A stretch of DNA of 64,000 bases, taken from Bugula neritina. Its lineage: Eukaryota > Animalia > Bryozoa. Numbering within the stretch: position 1 is the stretch's first letter; the number at the start of each line of letters is the position of its first letter. Position numbers and translations under genes: made by a program. This document shows positions 61,727 to 64,000 of this stretch, piece by piece. The notes beneath the pieces were generated by a model, which had not been told where the DNA came from, made no database searches, and saw nothing but the letters and a program-made list of their open reading frames with translations. Location of the stretch: positions 9,107,408 through 9,171,407 of the forward strand of contig OZ037771.1 of assembly GCA_964035545.1 (NCBI GenBank). Reading direction: 5' to 3'.

Positions 61727-62986
61727 AATATAGATTAGCTAATGATTAGTAATAGCCTGCAATAGAGGCATTACAAGTTTTAAGTCTCATTAAAATATTG
61801 CAGTTGAACCAACATTTTCAGAAGGGTGACAATATGACCATGCTTATTTTATCAATTTTACAAAACAGTTCTTTACCTGCTGCAAAAATCTTTGGCTGTT
61901 TTACATTTAGAGGTATTTTTTAGGAGTTGTTAGCCCTTGGTGCTTGAAAAATAGATAACTCTGAAAGTAACTCAAACAGCATATAAAAGTAGAATTGTCT
62001 GTATAGTAGAGTTTAAAGAGTGCGTAGAAGTAGATTGAAGTGACTTGAGCATTTTTCTGCTTCTGCCTTCACTAAATGTGTTGTAGTTATTACTATAATA
62101 ATGATTTGTCTTTATTCATGAAACTATTTTCACTTATTTCTTTGCATGTATAGGCTTCTAAAATGTTTCAAATAAAACTATTTGTTGAGAATAGTAAATG
62201 TTCAGGTTAGACATGCTTATAAAATTTGAAAGTTTCCTGTAATTGTAACAAACATCTATAATTTCAAAGTGTTTTTCATTAATTTTTTCAGTGAAAAATT
62301 ATTGAAATCATGTCAGTTCTTCAAAGACAAGAAACTCATCCTGTGTTCATGATTTATACAGTCAAGTCTCAGAAGTTGTAAATAATTAAGGTTTGTTATC
62401 ATGAAATAGGATATACTAGGGTGAGCTTCACTAATGGCAATTCTATTGAGCAGTTATAAATAAAATAAGATCAATTTTCAGTAGAATAAAAACAATCAGT
62501 AAGTGGAACCGTGTAGAGGTAGAAAGAATTATGTAATGAGTAATTAATAGCTTAATGTAGTGTAGTGTTGTTTCTATGCAACATGCATACAACCTGTCTG
62601 CTTTGTAATATTTCTGGATATCATTAGACATAGCAAATGTTAATTATAGAAGTATTAGCTTTTAGAAATATAAAACAACTTTGAAGTTGTATTCTGCCGT
62701 CATCATAAACTATCCATGTAGCTTTTTATATCACCCTTCTACCTAGGGATAACAGGGGTGGGGATAAGGGGGTTTATTAAACGTCCCATGCAAGTTGTAA
62801 TCATGAATATAAAAAACAAAATATAGATCTATATAATCATATTTTGTTACATTATTATACTATTATATATAATTATATTATGGCTATTTAGTTATAGCTG
62901 CAAATATATAACTATATAGTTTTTCTCATACATGCATTGGTTATATGTGCATGAATTTTTGGGTGTGAATGTGTGCATGATTGTAA

Positions 62987-63111
62987 ACACACAAACGCAC
63001 ACGCACCCACACCGCACACACACGCACACACACACACACACACACATGCACACACGCACACACACACACACACGCACACACACACACGCACACACACACA
63101 CACACGCACAT

Positions 63112-63192
<81 letters not shown>

Positions 63193-63231
63193 CACACACA
63201 CACACGCACACACACATGCACACACACACAG
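62987..63231. repeat. (CA)n microsatellite with CG interruptions
   Basis: Directly visible. Confidence 0.97.
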
Positions 63232-63765
63232 TGTGATTCTCATCTTAAAGATTGGCATGCCGCTATCTCATGAACAAGATAAATTGAAATAATAGAGTTT
63301 CAGCCATTTAACTGTATCATAATACTCGTATTATATATCTAAAGATCTAGTACCATAATTAACTATGTAAAATAGTACGGAGCCTAAGATAGCATTTATA
63401 TATGTATATTATTTCTTATATCTTATAATATAACCACAAAAATATATTATACACACAAACACATTATATGATTGATGTAAATAAATTAACAGTGTACCTA
63501 TCATTTACTATAATAGAATCACCCTGCATTCTAGTGCTAATTAGGAATGTAAACATAATTATGTGAATTTATTTAACTTATGAAAGAGTAAATGTAAGTA
63601 TTTTGTTTATCAACTTGGTAGAGCAAGTGTGCAAGCAGAGTGTATATGCATGTAAGTAGACTAACATAGTGATATGATGGGGACTTCATACTTCAGCTGT
63701 AAAAAGTAGAGAGTTTAAGTTATTTCCACTTGGCCAAAAGTTCTGTTTTAGTTGAGTTTATAGAA

Positions 63766-64000
63766 TCCTAGAAGCTGAAAGCGGGAAGCTAGAAGTTAGA
63801 AGCTAAAGGCTAAAAACTAAAAGCTAAAACTTAAAAGCTGCGAACTAGACACTAGAAGTTGGAAATTAGAAGCTAGAAGCTAAGAGTTAGAAGTTAGAAG
63901 ATAGAAGATAGAAAATAGAAGACAGAAGATAGAAGACAGAAGATAGAAGATAGAAGATAGAAGACAGAAGATAGAAGATAGAAGATAGAAGATAGAAGAT
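63766..64000. repeat. Heptamer satellite (TAGAAGH)n running off the window end
   Basis: Grades from AGAAGCT/AGAAGTT units into homogeneous AGAAGAT/AGAAGAC. Confidence 0.92.

Overview
AT-rich, intron-rich eukaryotic DNA from an invertebrate animal (taxon not determinable from the sequence). Four spliced protein-coding genes can be rebuilt by hand with GT-AG introns and consistent phases. (1) A 13-exon AAAP/SLC36-AVT3-like amino-acid transporter (+, 35-11208). (2, 3) Two complete tandem GABA-A receptor beta-like (LCCH3-type) subunit genes on the minus strand: copy B 13002-21409 and copy A 24915-40165. (4) A GRD/8916-like (alpha/gamma-clade) Cys-loop subunit (+, 53398-60384; first coding exon not found), head-to-head with the beta pair. 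Best candidate for a new system: a GABA-receptor cluster in which one beta paralogue carries a natural pore 2' Ala->Asn change (the position of insect RDL insecticide-resistance alleles). Several exons of the two betas look homogenised by gene conversion while the loop B/F/C and M1-2' exons stay divergent. The GRD-like partner has an anion-type rather than cation-type filter. The rest is micro/minisatellites, MITE-like elements and tRNA-derived SINEs. Most long ORFs in the supplied track are repeat artefacts.
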